Assembly (NCBI GenBank): GCA_963727445.1 | Contig: CAVSGI010000012.1 | Location: 96,001-160,000, forward strand | Direction of reading: 5' to 3' | DNA: 64,000 bases | Source: an uncultured delta proteobacterium | GTDB taxonomy: Bacteria > Myxococcota_A > Polyangia > Polyangiales > B10-G4 | Part shown: positions 8,705 to 19,081 of the stretch, one piece after another | How the letters are laid out: every line of letters begins with the position of its first letter | How positions within the stretch are numbered: the first letter of the stretch is position 1 | Made by a program: the position numbers and the translations under genes | The notes under the pieces: generated by a model | Database searches by the model: none | Told to the model about the DNA's origin: nothing | Seen by the model: only the letters and a program-made list of their open reading frames with translations

Positions 8705-11644
8705 ATGTCTGCGCTCACCTCGCTCCTCGTCCGTGACCAGGTCGTCCCGGTTCGAAAGATTGAGGATGCGATCCAACGTCAGGTCATCTCCGGCGGCGAC
8801 ATCGAGACGGTTCTCCTCGAGATGGAGGCGCTCCCGGAGAACGTGATGAGCGCCTATCGGGCGGCGCTCTATGGCCTTCTGCCCGCGACGCGCGAAGAGG
8901 TGATGACCGTCTCGCGCGAGACACTGCGGGCCGTCCCCAAGGAGGTCGCCACTCAATACCGTCTGGTTCCTCTCTCGGCGGAGGGCAAGACCCTCGTGGT
9001 GGCGGTCACTGCGCCGCTGTCGATCGAGGACGATCAGCAGCTCGGTTTCCTCCTCGGCCAGGAGCTGGTCTATCGCATCGTGAGCGAGGTTCGACTCGCG
9101 GCGGCGCTGAGCCACCACTACAACATCGACGCTGTACCGCGCATGCGACGGCTCGCGGAGAAGCTCCGGAGCCGCGACGCCGGGCGCGTTCCCTACGTCG
9201 CACCTCCAGAGAAAGCCAAGGTCGACACCAAGGCGGCGGACCTGCCGTCGAAGCAGAGCGTCGTCGACTGGGATGACGAAGAAGAAGCCGAGAGCGCACC
9301 GGCGGAACCAGCGCCGCCGGCCGGCCAGTTCGTCGAGCCGGCCGACTCCGCCGTCGCCACCGAGCGTCCGCCCCCGATGGTGCAGGAGGAGATCGACGCG
9401 ACGGAACGCGGCGAGCGTCCGAGCGCGGCGCCGGCTCGGGCGGCCCGCAAGAAGATCGCCAAGAAGCTCCGGGGCCCTCTGACCGCGAAGGCGGCGGTCG
9501 AGCTCTTGAAGGAGGCCGAAGGGCGCGACGAGATTCTGGAGATCTTCTTCGTATTCGCCCGGCAGTTCTTCGATTTCACGGCGCTCTTCGTGGTGCACGA
9601 CGACATCGCCGAGGGTCGAGATGCCTGGGGCGAGGGCGCCGGGGTCTCCGACATCCGCCAGATCGCCGTTCCCCTGGACGTCCCCGGGACTTTCGCTGCG
9701 GTGAAGGAAGGGCTGGTCCCCCTGGTCACCGACATGAGCCAGTCGGAGCTGGACGTGATCGTGACCGGGGACCTCGGCCGCCTCGACAGCCAGCCCTGCA
9801 TGGTCGCGCCCGTCGCCATCAAGAAGCGCGTCGTCCTGATGATCTACGGCGACCGAAGCGGAGAGAGCTTCGGCATCGCCAATCTTCCCGAGCTCGTCGC
9901 CTTCCTGCCGCGGGTGGCCGACGCCTTCCTCGCGTTGCTCCTCCGCCGCAAGCGCAAAGGGTACGCCGCACCCGAACGGAGCTCGCGGCCGGATCTGAAG
10001 TCTGCGGCGACGCGGATCACGGCGGGCGCCGTCGCCTCGGAGCCGCTGCCCGAAAAGAGTGGCTACCGCCATTCCCACGAGCCACCCGAGCCCGAGCCGA
10101 CACCGGCGGACGGGCAGCGCGATACCGATGTCGACGGTCCGACCCAGATCCCGTCACAACCAGAGGAGACCGATCGGGTGCAGGTCGGCGGACCCAGCCC
10201 CTTGGGCGTCCTCGGAGTGCCGCGAAGCGCGCCGCCCCCGCCGATGACGCAGGGCGAGAACACGTTCCATCTGGAGAAGAAGGAAACGCGCCCCGATGGT
10301 CACGCTGCGATTGCGCAGGCGCGCTCCCGACAATCGCCCATTCCTCCCAGGAACGAGCCCGCGCCCGAGCCCGACATCGAGGTCGAAGTCGACGACGACG
10401 AAGAAGACGCCGACAGCGATGGCAGGCACAGGCGTCCCGGAGGGGAATCCGATCTCCCGCAGTTCGCGAAGTCTCAGGCCACTCGACCCGACGGCGGCTA
10501 TCACACGAGCGGTACTTCGGAGGTGCTGGGGCGAGCCGACGCGCCGCCGCGGCAGAAGCGAAAGCGCAAGAAGAAGCCCAAGAAGAAGGCGGACGACGGA
10601 GAGTCTCGCGAGCGTCGAGATCCCCGGAGCGAAAAGGACGCCACGATCCCCGCCGTGGAGGTGGTTCACGTCCCCGATGTGAACGTCCCTACCGACGAGG
10701 CCGCCGAGGATGACCACCACCGCGGCAAGCAGCCGCGTGCCACGCCGAACATGCCCTCGGTCATCGTGGACATGGGCGACACGGTGGAGGTGCTGGTCGA
10801 CGATCTGGAGAAGTGCGGCCCGGATGGTGAGTCCGCGGCGGTGAACGCCCTGATGACGCTGGGCGAGGCAGCGCTACCGACGCTCACTCAGCGATTCCCC
10901 GGGCCCTTGTGGTTCGATCGCAAGCGCCCCCATCGACGCCTTCCCCGCGGCCGGGACATCTCGGCCATCGCCCGTGCCTTCGTCGCCTTCCGCTCGACCG
11001 CCGTGCCCTACGTCATTTCGCTGCTGGAGGCGCGGGATCCCGATGTGCGCTTCTACGGCACGTTGCTCGCTTCAGAGTTCGTCTCGGTCGAGCTCCTGGT
11101 GCCGGTGGGGGAGCGCATCTTCGATCGGGACCCGGGCACGCAGCTCCTCGCAGTGGACGTGCTCAAGCGCTTCGGCCGCTTCGAAAAGGAGATGGAGGAG
11201 CTGCTCAAGGCCGTCCGCGTCGAGGCGCGGGTCGACCGCAAGGACCCGGAACGACGACGGGTCGCGGTGCGCGCGCTCGGGCTTCTGAGGGACGTTCGTG
11301 CCGTCGACATCCTCGTCGAGCTGGTGGGCTCCGCCGAGGCGTCGCTCGCAGACCAGGCGCAGAAGTCGCTCATCCTCCTGACTCGCCAGGACTTCGGTGA
11401 CTCGCAGCGCCGCTGGTCGCAATGGTTCGAGAAGAACAGGTCCCGACACCGCGTGGAGTGGCTGATCGATGGACTCGTTCACACGGACGAAGACATCCGT
11501 GCCGCGGCCGGTGACGAGCTGCAGCTCATCACACAGGAGTACTACGGCTACCATCCCCGTCTGCCCAAGCGCGATCGCGAGGTCGCCCACAAGCGCTATC
11601 GCAAGTGGTGGGAGGGCGAGGGCCGCGCGCGGTTCAGCGCCTGA
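8705..11644 (+). CDS. T2SSE_N/GspE-N-like + GAF-like + HEAT-repeat protein (FrgA-like)
   Basis: N-terminal LRAVPKEVATQYRLVPL..LVVAV..P; central APVAIKKRVVLMIYGD; acidic/Pro-rich linker; C-terminal HEAT repeats with LTRQDFG..RWSQW. Confidence 0.65.
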   Translation: MSALTSLLVRDQVVPVRKIEDAIQRQVISGGDIETVLLEMEALPENVMSAYRAALYGLLPATREEVMTVSRETLRAVPKEVATQYRLVPLSAEGKTLVVAVTAPLSIEDDQQLGFLLGQELVYRIVSEVRLAAALSHHYNIDAVPRMRRLAEKLRSRDAGRVPYVAPPEKAKVDTKAADLPSKQSVVDWDDEEEAESAPAEPAPPAGQFVEPADSAVATERPPPMVQEEIDATERGERPSAAPARAARKKIAKKLRGPLTAKAAVELLKEAEGRDEILEIFFVFARQFFDFTALFVVHDDIAEGRDAWGEGAGVSDIRQIAVPLDVPGTFAAVKEGLVPLVTDMSQSELDVIVTGDLGRLDSQPCMVAPVAIKKRVVLMIYGDRSGESFGIANLPELVAFLPRVADAFLALLLRRKRKGYAAPERSSRPDLKSAATRITAGAVASEPLPEKSGYRHSHEPPEPEPTPADGQRDTDVDGPTQIPSQPEETDRVQVGGPSPLGVLGVPRSAPPPPMTQGENTFHLEKKETRPDGHAAIAQARSRQSPIPPRNEPAPEPDIEVEVDDDEEDADSDGRHRRPGGESDLPQFAKSQATRPDGGYHTSGTSEVLGRADAPPRQKRKRKKKPKKKADDGESRERRDPRSEKDATIPAVEVVHVPDVNVPTDEAAEDDHHRGKQPRATPNMPSVIVDMGDTVEVLVDDLEKCGPDGESAAVNALMTLGEAALPTLTQRFPGPLWFDRKRPHRRLPRGRDISAIARAFVAFRSTAVPYVISLLEARDPDVRFYGTLLASEFVSVELLVPVGERIFDRDPGTQLLAVDVLKRFGRFEKEMEELLKAVRVEARVDRKDPERRRVAVRALGLLRDVRAVDILVELVGSAEASLADQAQKSLILLTRQDFGDSQRRWSQWFEKNRSRHRVEWLIDGLVHTDEDIRAAAGDELQLITQEYYGYHPRLPKRDREVAHKRYRKWWEGEGRARFSA

Positions 11645-11752
11645 GCCAGCGACGGCCAGCAAACCTCGCGTCCCCGACTGGTGGGTGGTGGCGGGCGAAT
11701 CCGCATCTATCAGGTGGCTGGAGCCGTAGCCTTTGGCATGCTTCGAGGACGA

Positions 11753-12868
11753 ATGACCGACAACCGCGAGCAGGTGCCGAGGGAAGCGGGAGCGGCGCGA
11801 GACAGCGAGCTCTACCGCGCGCTCTTCGACATCAACACCGCGGTGAAGCTCCTGATCGATCCCCGAACCGAGCAGATCGTGGACGCCAACCAGGCGGCGG
11901 TCGCGCTCTATGGCTGGTCGAAGGAGGAGCTCAAGGCGAAGCGCATCAGCGAGATCAACATGCTGACCCAGGAAGAGGTGATGTCCGAGATGGAGGACGC
12001 GCGGACGGGGCGCCGCCGCTATTTCCGCTTCCGACATCGGACCGCCAGGGGTGATGTGCGCAACGTCGAAGTCCACTCTGGCCCGGTCACGATCGATGGG
12101 CAAGAGCTGCTTCTGTCGATCATCCACGACGTGACCGAGCGGGATGCCTTCGAGTCGCAGCTGCGGGCGGCGCAGAGGCTCGAGGCCGTGGGGCGACTCG
12201 CCGGGGGCGTGGCTCACGACTTCAACAACATGTTGACGGTGATGCGGAACGCGGCCGAGCTCATCGCGAGGGGCGTGGCGGAGGATTCGCCGCTCAGGGC
12301 CCACGTGGACGACCTCAGGTTCGCTGCGACTCGCGCGTCGGACCTCACGAGAAACCTTCTGGCCTTCAGCCGCCGTCAACCGATGCGACGCGAAGAGGTA
12401 TCGCTGAACGAGATCGTGTCGTCCATCACCGGTCTCTTGTCCCGAACGCTCGGCTCCGGGATCGAGGTCCGCGCGGAGCTCGATGAATCGGTGCCCCGCG
12501 TGCTCGCGGATCCGGCGCAGATAGAGCGAGTGCTGATGAACCTCGCCATCAACGCGCGCGACGCGATGGCCAACGGCGGTCATTTGATCGTCTCGACCGA
12601 ATCGAAGCGCGTCGAGGCGTCGAGCGCTTCGCCCGTTCCCGCCGGTGATTGGGCGATGGTGACGGTCGCCGATGATGGGCACGGTATGGACGTCGAGACG
12701 ATGGCCCACGTCTTCGAGCCCTTCTTCTCCACCAAGGACGGCAGCGGCAGCGGCTTCGGCCTCGCGACGGTCCACGGGATCGTCACCCAGAGCGGGGGCC
12801 ACATCTTCGTGGAGAGCGCACCCGACGAAGGGGCCCGATTCACGATCTATCTTCCGGCGCTGTTGTGA
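11753..12868 (+). CDS. Cytoplasmic PAS-domain sensor histidine kinase
   Basis: PAS (DANQAAVALYGWSKEEL), H-box GGVAHDFNNML, N-box NLAINARDAM, DDGHGMD, FEPFFSTK, GFGLA; no receiver domain. Confidence 0.93.
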   Translation: MTDNREQVPREAGAARDSELYRALFDINTAVKLLIDPRTEQIVDANQAAVALYGWSKEELKAKRISEINMLTQEEVMSEMEDARTGRRRYFRFRHRTARGDVRNVEVHSGPVTIDGQELLLSIIHDVTERDAFESQLRAAQRLEAVGRLAGGVAHDFNNMLTVMRNAAELIARGVAEDSPLRAHVDDLRFAATRASDLTRNLLAFSRRQPMRREEVSLNEIVSSITGLLSRTLGSGIEVRAELDESVPRVLADPAQIERVLMNLAINARDAMANGGHLIVSTESKRVEASSASPVPAGDWAMVTVADDGHGMDVETMAHVFEPFFSTKDGSGSGFGLATVHGIVTQSGGHIFVESAPDEGARFTIYLPALL

Positions 12869-12998
12869 GCGTGAGCCGGCGGCGCAGATCCTCAGAAACC
12901 GAGGTCGTTCCCAGATCTTTCAACGATCTCGGGGAGGCCGTCGGCGTGCGGGGGCGTGGATCTGGGCTAAGCTCCGCACCTTCCGAGGCCTGAAAGTC

Positions 12999-15518
12999 GT
13001 GCGTCAAGCCCGCGTTCTTCCGCTCTTCGGACCGGTCCTGGTCCTCTATCTGATCGCCAATGCGGCGTCGGAGGCGGAGGGGCTCGGGCTCGGGGCGTGG
13101 GCGGTCGCGATCTGCGCCTTCGTCACCTCCGTGCTGCCACTCTTGTCCCCGTGGCGGGGAGGCGGGGGTGCGCGGCGGGTACAGGCGCTCGGCGTAGCCC
13201 TCGCGCTTTCGCTTCTGCCGCTTCTCTCCACGACCCTCGGGCTCACCATCGCCCGCATCTGGGGGCTCACCCTCGCATCGGTGCTGATCCTCGATCTCTC
13301 GCTCAACGTCCCCGACGCACCGCGTATGCTCGATCGCGGTCCGCTGGGCCGCGCGCTGCCCTTCGTCATCGCCTTCGCCCTCGGAGGGATCGCGACCATC
13401 GCGGTGCTGCCGGCGGAGGCCGCCGGCGATGTCCTCTTGCCTGCGCGCTGGGCCGACGCGCCGGACCACCTCCTGCTCGCGTCCATCCTCCTCGCCCTCG
13501 GTGTCCGCCTCTCGCGGCGCAGCCTGGGCAGCGGGCCCGAAGCGCTCGCGCGCAACGCATGGCCGATCTTCGGTCTCAGCCTCGCGTTGTTGGCGACCGT
13601 CGTGGATCGCGTCATCTGGGCCACCTCTCTCTCCGTGTCGGCGACCCTCGCACGTGGACTGCCGGTGATCACCGCCCTCGCCCTGGTCGTTTCGCACGTC
13701 TTCCTGGTGGACGAGCGTCGCGGTCTCCGCGCAGGCCGCACCATCCGTCGCGCTCTGACCTGGACGTCCACCCTCGCCGCCGTCGGCGCCATGGGGAGCC
13801 TCGCGACGCTCTGGCTCGACGCGCCCGCCCTCGAGCTCGCTCTCGGCGCCATGCTCCTCTTCGCCGCCGGGACCCTCTGCCAACAGGTCCTCGCGCGCGT
13901 GGTCGAGCGAACCTTCGCGCCCTTCAGCGGGCGCCTCCTCGGCGCCGCCACCGAAGCGCGAGCGCGTCTCGGCCCCGTGAAGAGCGTCATCGATCTCGGC
14001 CGCGCGCTGCTGCCACCGCTCCGTGATGCTTCCGGTAGCGACGACGCGATGCCGCTGCTCTACACCATCGACCCCGCGCTCGAAGTGCGCGTCGATCGCG
14101 CGGGTGAAGCCCACCTCTCCGCGCGCGCTCTGCCCGAGGCGCTCCGTGACCGCCTCCTCGAACGCCCGGGCGAGGCCCTGGTGAAGAAAGCCCTCGACGG
14201 CCTGGTGGTGCGCCGTCCCCATCTGCGCGGCGTCGTCGAAGCGCTCGGCGCACTCGACGCGCTGGTCGTCGTTCCGCTCTCCATCGACGGCGAGCTCGAA
14301 GGCGCCATCGTCGTGCCCAAGGGGCGTCGCCGCAGCGCGCCGACGCTCGAAGAGCTGCGCGCGCTCGAGCGTGTCGCCGACCGCTCCGCCGGCATCGTCG
14401 CGCTGCTCTCCTCCGAGCGCCGCGCGCAGGGCCGCGCCGGCGCCACCGATCAGCGAACGCACGATCTGATGGACCGGATCGAGGTGCTCGAGGAGGAGCG
14501 TGATCGCCTGCGCGCCGAAGCCCGGTCCTGGAAGGCGGGGCGCCCGGCGCATCGCATGAGCGGGACGACGGTCGCCTACAGCGCTCCGATGCGCTCCCTG
14601 ATGGAGCGCGTGGTCGACGTCGCCGCGCTCGACGCGCCGGTGCTGCTTCGGGCCGAAGGCGGGGCCGGCGTCGACCAGATCGCCCACGCCATCCACGAGC
14701 GCAGCGGTCGTAAGGACGGCCCCCTCGTGGTCGCCGACTGCACCTCGGTGCGCGAAGAGCGCGCGGCGGCTGCGTTGTTCGGCGAGGGTGGCGTGGGCAG
14801 CCCGCCCGAGTTTCGGCCCGGCTGGCTCTCCCTGGCGCGCGGCGGCTCGCTGCTCCTCGCCGACGTGGTGGCGCTGCCGCTCTCCGTTCAGCACGACCTC
14901 GCGGAGAGCCTCGCGGAGCGCGAGGTCCGCCCGCTCGGTGGCGCGGGCGCCGAGCCGATCGACGTGCGCGTGATCGCCACCACGCGCACCGACCTCGCGG
15001 CCCTCGTCGCAGATGGCCTCTTCGATCCCGAGCTCGCGCGCTGGCTCGAGCCGCTCACCCTCGAGGTGCCGCCGCTGCGCGACCGGCCGGAGGACGTCTC
15101 CTCGCTCACCCTCCTCGCCCTCGATCGAGCATGTCGCCTCCTGGGGCGCGCGCCGATGGGGATCGACGACGAGGCACTCGACCTTCTGCGTGCGTACGAC
15201 TTCCCCGGTAACGTCCGCGAGCTCACCTGGGTGGTGACCCGCGCCGTCGGCGTCGCCGCGGGTCCGACCGTCGAGGCGCGTGATCTTCCTCCACTCGGCG
15301 CGCCAGAGCACGACGCGGCCGAGGGCCATCCGCTCGACGGAACCTGGTCCGATCTCGAAAAGCGCATCCTCCTCCGTGCGCTCGACGCCGCCGACGGAAA
15401 CAAGAGCGAGGCGGCTCGCGCGCTGGGCCTCAAGCGCACCACTTTCCTCGACAAGCTGCGGCGCCACGACCTCGCGCCTCCCGCCAAGCGTCAGAGCGAA
15501 GCTCCGGCGTTGAGCTGA
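12999..15518 (+). CDS. Membrane-anchored sigma-54 interaction domain (Fis-HTH) regulator with degenerate ATPase
   Basis: Many TM helices, GAF-like region, AAA+-like core (DVRVIATT, VPPLRDRPED, FPGNVREL), HTH GNKSEAARALGLKRTT. Confidence 0.85.
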   Translation: MRQARVLPLFGPVLVLYLIANAASEAEGLGLGAWAVAICAFVTSVLPLLSPWRGGGGARRVQALGVALALSLLPLLSTTLGLTIARIWGLTLASVLILDLSLNVPDAPRMLDRGPLGRALPFVIAFALGGIATIAVLPAEAAGDVLLPARWADAPDHLLLASILLALGVRLSRRSLGSGPEALARNAWPIFGLSLALLATVVDRVIWATSLSVSATLARGLPVITALALVVSHVFLVDERRGLRAGRTIRRALTWTSTLAAVGAMGSLATLWLDAPALELALGAMLLFAAGTLCQQVLARVVERTFAPFSGRLLGAATEARARLGPVKSVIDLGRALLPPLRDASGSDDAMPLLYTIDPALEVRVDRAGEAHLSARALPEALRDRLLERPGEALVKKALDGLVVRRPHLRGVVEALGALDALVVVPLSIDGELEGAIVVPKGRRRSAPTLEELRALERVADRSAGIVALLSSERRAQGRAGATDQRTHDLMDRIEVLEEERDRLRAEARSWKAGRPAHRMSGTTVAYSAPMRSLMERVVDVAALDAPVLLRAEGGAGVDQIAHAIHERSGRKDGPLVVADCTSVREERAAAALFGEGGVGSPPEFRPGWLSLARGGSLLLADVVALPLSVQHDLAESLAEREVRPLGGAGAEPIDVRVIATTRTDLAALVADGLFDPELARWLEPLTLEVPPLRDRPEDVSSLTLLALDRACRLLGRAPMGIDDEALDLLRAYDFPGNVRELTWVVTRAVGVAAGPTVEARDLPPLGAPEHDAAEGHPLDGTWSDLEKRILLRALDAADGNKSEAARALGLKRTTFLDKLRRHDLAPPAKRQSEAPALS

Positions 15519-15622
15519 CTCGGAGCGCTCTTCGGGGCGCCGATGGGGTCGTCGTTCCCCGAGCGCGGCGCGTAGAGCGCGTCACGTTCCGTGTGCGCAC
15601 CCATAAACGTCAGTGATTCTCG

Positions 15623-15638
15623 TGGCGCGCGCTTTGCT
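15623..15638 (+). promoter_or_regulatory. Sigma-54 (-24/-12) promoter
   Basis: TGGCGCGCGCTTTGCT has GG-N10-GC spacing, 20 bp before the CAP gene ATG. Confidence 0.7.
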
Positions 15639-15657
15639 CACTGAGTCGCACGTCCCC

Positions 15658-16815
15658 ATGCGCCTCCCCCTCTCTGCTTTCTCCCTCCTCCTCCTTCTCC
15701 TCTTCGGTTGCGTCGGCCGCGTCAGCTCGCTTCCGGGTGATGACGAGAGCGGACGCGCAAGGAACCGCCCGCCGCCGATCATCCTGATGTCCGACGATGA
15801 CGGTGGCGCGTCGATGGCCGATGCGGGTGCGGGTGAGGATGGGGCCGCCGCATCCGACGCGCGCGCTACCGACTCCGCCACGCAGCCTCCGGATCCATGC
15901 GACGGCGTCGTCTGTGGCGCGGGAGCGAGCTGTGAGCCTGCTTCCGGCGATTGCGTGTGCAGCGAGGGCTTTCGTTCGGTCGGCGGTGGATGTGAGGCCA
16001 TCCCCGCGGGAGATCCTGCCGGGCGGACCACCGCCGAGGTCTGCGCCGCGTGGTCGGATGGCCACGTCGAGAACGCGCGACCGGCGTGGACCGCGGGCGC
16101 GACCGCGTGCGACCCGGGAACGCTCACGGACGACGCCTACGAGGACACGGTCCGCCGGGTCAATCTCTTCCGATGGCTCGCGGGGCTCGGGCCGGTCACC
16201 CACGACGCCTCGGAGGACGACGCGATGCAGGCCTGCGCCGTCATGATGGATCAGAACAACGCGCTGTCACACATGCCGCCGTCGACCTGGCAGTGCTACA
16301 GCGCCGAGGGCGCCGCCGCAGCAGGCCGCAGCAACATCGCCCTGGGCGCGTACACGCCCGGTCAGGCCATCGATCTCTACATGGCGGACGATCTCACGCC
16401 GAGCCTCGGCCACCGACGCTGGATCCTGAACGACTACCTCGGCCAGGTAGGGATCGGCTTTGCCGGGCGGGCCCAATGTCTCGGCGTCTTCGACAGCAGC
16501 GGCGGTACCGATCGCACCTGGACCGCCTACCCCAATCCCGGTCCGGCGCCGATCGAGACCACGGCCGACGTCTGGAGCTTTCACAGCCACGCATTCGACC
16601 TGAGCGCTGCGACCGTGACCCTCGAGCGACTGGGGACGACCTCGGAGAACATCCCGGTCAGCGTCTCCCACATCAGCGGCGGCTTCGGGCCGCCGGGCGC
16701 CCTCGCGTTCACCCCACCGGTGCACGCCGCCGCCGGCGACCGCTTCCGCATCACCATCGGCGGCCTCGCGGGCGACGACATCGTCTACGAGACGGAGATC
16801 GTCGACTGCCACTGA
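15658..16815 (+). CDS. CAP/SCP-domain lipoprotein with EGF-like segment
   Basis: Lipobox LFGC; VNLFRWLAGL, LSH.PP, SNIA, LGHRRWIL, VGIG. Confidence 0.85.
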   Translation: MRLPLSAFSLLLLLLFGCVGRVSSLPGDDESGRARNRPPPIILMSDDDGGASMADAGAGEDGAAASDARATDSATQPPDPCDGVVCGAGASCEPASGDCVCSEGFRSVGGGCEAIPAGDPAGRTTAEVCAAWSDGHVENARPAWTAGATACDPGTLTDDAYEDTVRRVNLFRWLAGLGPVTHDASEDDAMQACAVMMDQNNALSHMPPSTWQCYSAEGAAAAGRSNIALGAYTPGQAIDLYMADDLTPSLGHRRWILNDYLGQVGIGFAGRAQCLGVFDSSGGTDRTWTAYPNPGPAPIETTADVWSFHSHAFDLSAATVTLERLGTTSENIPVSVSHISGGFGPPGALAFTPPVHAAAGDRFRITIGGLAGDDIVYETEIVDCH

Positions 16816-16828
16816 GGCGGTCGGGGGC

Positions 16829-19081
16829 TCAGTGGGCGCGCATGCGGATGGTGACCACCGGCTGCTGGTCGCGGGCGCAGAGGTCGACCTCGCGCGCACA
16901 GCGCAGCCGGAGCTCGCTCTGGCGATCGGGAAGCCGGTGTGCGGCGAAGAGCTCGCGCGCGCGGTCGGCGTTGTCGCGGTGCAGGCCGGCGAGCGCGAGC
17001 GCCTGGCTTCGGAGAAGGAACTCGTCGCGCGGGGCGAGCTCGAGACCGGTGACCGCCGCGGCCAGTGACTCTTCGTCCTTCTGCAGGCTGCCGAGGGCGC
17101 GCGCGTATGCGCGCCACGCGCTGCTGTCACGCGGAGTGACCTCCACCACATCGGCGTACGCGTCGGTCGCGCGCTCCCAGCGCCAGACCTGTGCGTAGGC
17201 GTCGCCTCGCACCCGGGCGATGGCGGGATGTGAGCCCACCAGGGCTTCGGCCCTGTCCGCCGCGGCTACGGCGTCGTCCACACGGCCCTGGCGACCCTCG
17301 ATCGCCGCGAGGGCGACCAGCACCATCGCGCGCTCCTGTCGCCGCTCCTCCCCGAGGAGATCGAGGGCCCGGGCGATGCTCGGGCGCGCCTCGTCGGTGT
17401 GCTCCTGGAGCTGATGGGTGAGCGCGAGGGCATGCTCGTAGAGTCGCTGCCAATCCGGCCGGGCAGCGCCGCCTTCGCCAGGGTGATCCTCCGCACCCCG
17501 CCCGATCCACACCTTGGCGCTGGTGAGCTCGGTCACGGGCTGCGGCGCGCAGCCGTCGAGCACCGGATGACCGAGCGCGCGCGAGGTCTCCATGAAGGCA
17601 CGCCCCCGCGCCGAACGCGTCGCCGCACATGCGGCTTCGTGCATCGGTCGAACGTGGCGGCGGTGGATGAGATGTGCGGCCACCGAGAGGGGGAAGTCCT
17701 CTGCTTCGAGGGTCTCGGGGAGCGCCAGCTCGTAGCGGGTGATCGCCGCGTCGCGCGGACCCACGGTGTGATCCCAGCCCGCGCTCTCGAACCGTCGCAC
17801 CCGATGCCTGAGCTCCGGGTGCCCGTCGTCGTCGAGCATCACCGTCCTGAGGTGATGCGCGGTCTCGTCCTCACGGTCCTTCTGCTGAGCGCCGGCTTCC
17901 GCGATCAGCTCGCCGCTGCTGGTTCGGACCTCGACCGAGATCCACATCTCCTGCGTGTCGCGGACGCCGCCGGGGAAGCGATGCCCCGTCCCGACGTTGC
18001 GAACCACCACGTCGAGGGCCAGCTCTTCTCCCGCACGCACGCGCGCGCCGTCTGCAGGGAGCGACGTCCGACCGTCGGCGTGGCGAACCGCAGCGACGTC
18101 GATGGTAGCGGCGCTCTCGAGCCGCTGCCGGATGGCCGCTACCTGCTCGCTGTCTCCCGTGAGCGCGGCGAGAGCGGTCTGGCCGCCGGTGAAGCGGTGG
18201 CTGCTGATCTCGCCGCGGGGCGCTGCCATGTCTCCGCGGGTCGTGCGCTCGCCCGGCATGTGGCAGCTCTGGCAGGTGCGCTCCTCCACGGGCTCGTCGA
18301 TGCGCTCCGCGTGGGAGCCCGCGTGCGCCGACGCGCGCCAGGGTCCGAGGTCGTCGAGGCCCGGGATGAAGTGCGCGTTGCCGTTGGCCTCGGTGAGGAA
18401 GACCCGGTGGCAGGAGCCACAGAGCTCCGGGGTGCGCAGGGGGTCGGTCGCCATTCGGGCCTTGTGCGCCTCGATCGAGGCCGCATCGCCCCGGATCGGG
18501 ATCGGCACGCGTGAGGTCTCGAGCACCCAGCTGCCGTTGCCGTCCGAGGTGGTGTCGACGACGCTGTGGCAGAAGCCACAGGTGATCCCGGCGTGGGCCA
18601 TGGGATCGTCGGGCTGGACGACGTCCTGGTCGATCTTGCCCGACAACAGAAGCAGCGGGTCGTGGCAGCCGGCGCAAAAGCGGCTCGCCTCGGGTCCGAC
18701 GTCCTCGCGCAGCGCGTCGACCGCCGCGCGATACCAGGGGTTGTCGAAGGAGGAGCGCGCGTGGGCGCTCGACTGCCAGTGCGCGGCCGCGTCCTGGTGG
18801 CACTCGGTGCAGAACTCCACGTCGGCGAGGAGATCCAGGTTGGCCTCTCCGCGCACCTGCGCCATCGATGGCCAGAGCGGCCCTTCGACCGAGGGAAGAC
18901 GCGGCCAGAGCTCCGACGCGTCGTAGTCATCGGTCTCATTCCGTGGCTCGTCGGCCAACGGCGTGGGGCGCGGCTGCACCTGCACGTCCTCTCCGAACCC
19001 GGCGCAGCTCAGCAGCAGGGGGAGCGAGAGGAGCGCGAGGAGGGCCGCGCGCGAGGACCCAGCTATCGGGCCGCGGTTCAT
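16829..19081 (-). CDS. Pentaheme c-type cytochrome lipoprotein with C-terminal TPRs (c554/c552-like)
   Basis: Five CxxCH motifs (CTECH, CAGCH, CGFCH, CGSCH, CQSCH), WQSSAHARS, GTGHRFPGG; lipobox LLSC; ATGA overlap with the upstream gene. Confidence 0.88.
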   Translation of the reverse strand: MNRGPIAGSSRAALLALLSLPLLLSCAGFGEDVQVQPRPTPLADEPRNETDDYDASELWPRLPSVEGPLWPSMAQVRGEANLDLLADVEFCTECHQDAAAHWQSSAHARSSFDNPWYRAAVDALREDVGPEASRFCAGCHDPLLLLSGKIDQDVVQPDDPMAHAGITCGFCHSVVDTTSDGNGSWVLETSRVPIPIRGDAASIEAHKARMATDPLRTPELCGSCHRVFLTEANGNAHFIPGLDDLGPWRASAHAGSHAERIDEPVEERTCQSCHMPGERTTRGDMAAPRGEISSHRFTGGQTALAALTGDSEQVAAIRQRLESAATIDVAAVRHADGRTSLPADGARVRAGEELALDVVVRNVGTGHRFPGGVRDTQEMWISVEVRTSSGELIAEAGAQQKDREDETAHHLRTVMLDDDGHPELRHRVRRFESAGWDHTVGPRDAAITRYELALPETLEAEDFPLSVAAHLIHRRHVRPMHEAACAATRSARGRAFMETSRALGHPVLDGCAPQPVTELTSAKVWIGRGAEDHPGEGGAARPDWQRLYEHALALTHQLQEHTDEARPSIARALDLLGEERRQERAMVLVALAAIEGRQGRVDDAVAAADRAEALVGSHPAIARVRGDAYAQVWRWERATDAYADVVEVTPRDSSAWRAYARALGSLQKDEESLAAAVTGLELAPRDEFLLRSQALALAGLHRDNADRARELFAAHRLPDRQSELRLRCAREVDLCARDQQPVVTIRMRAH

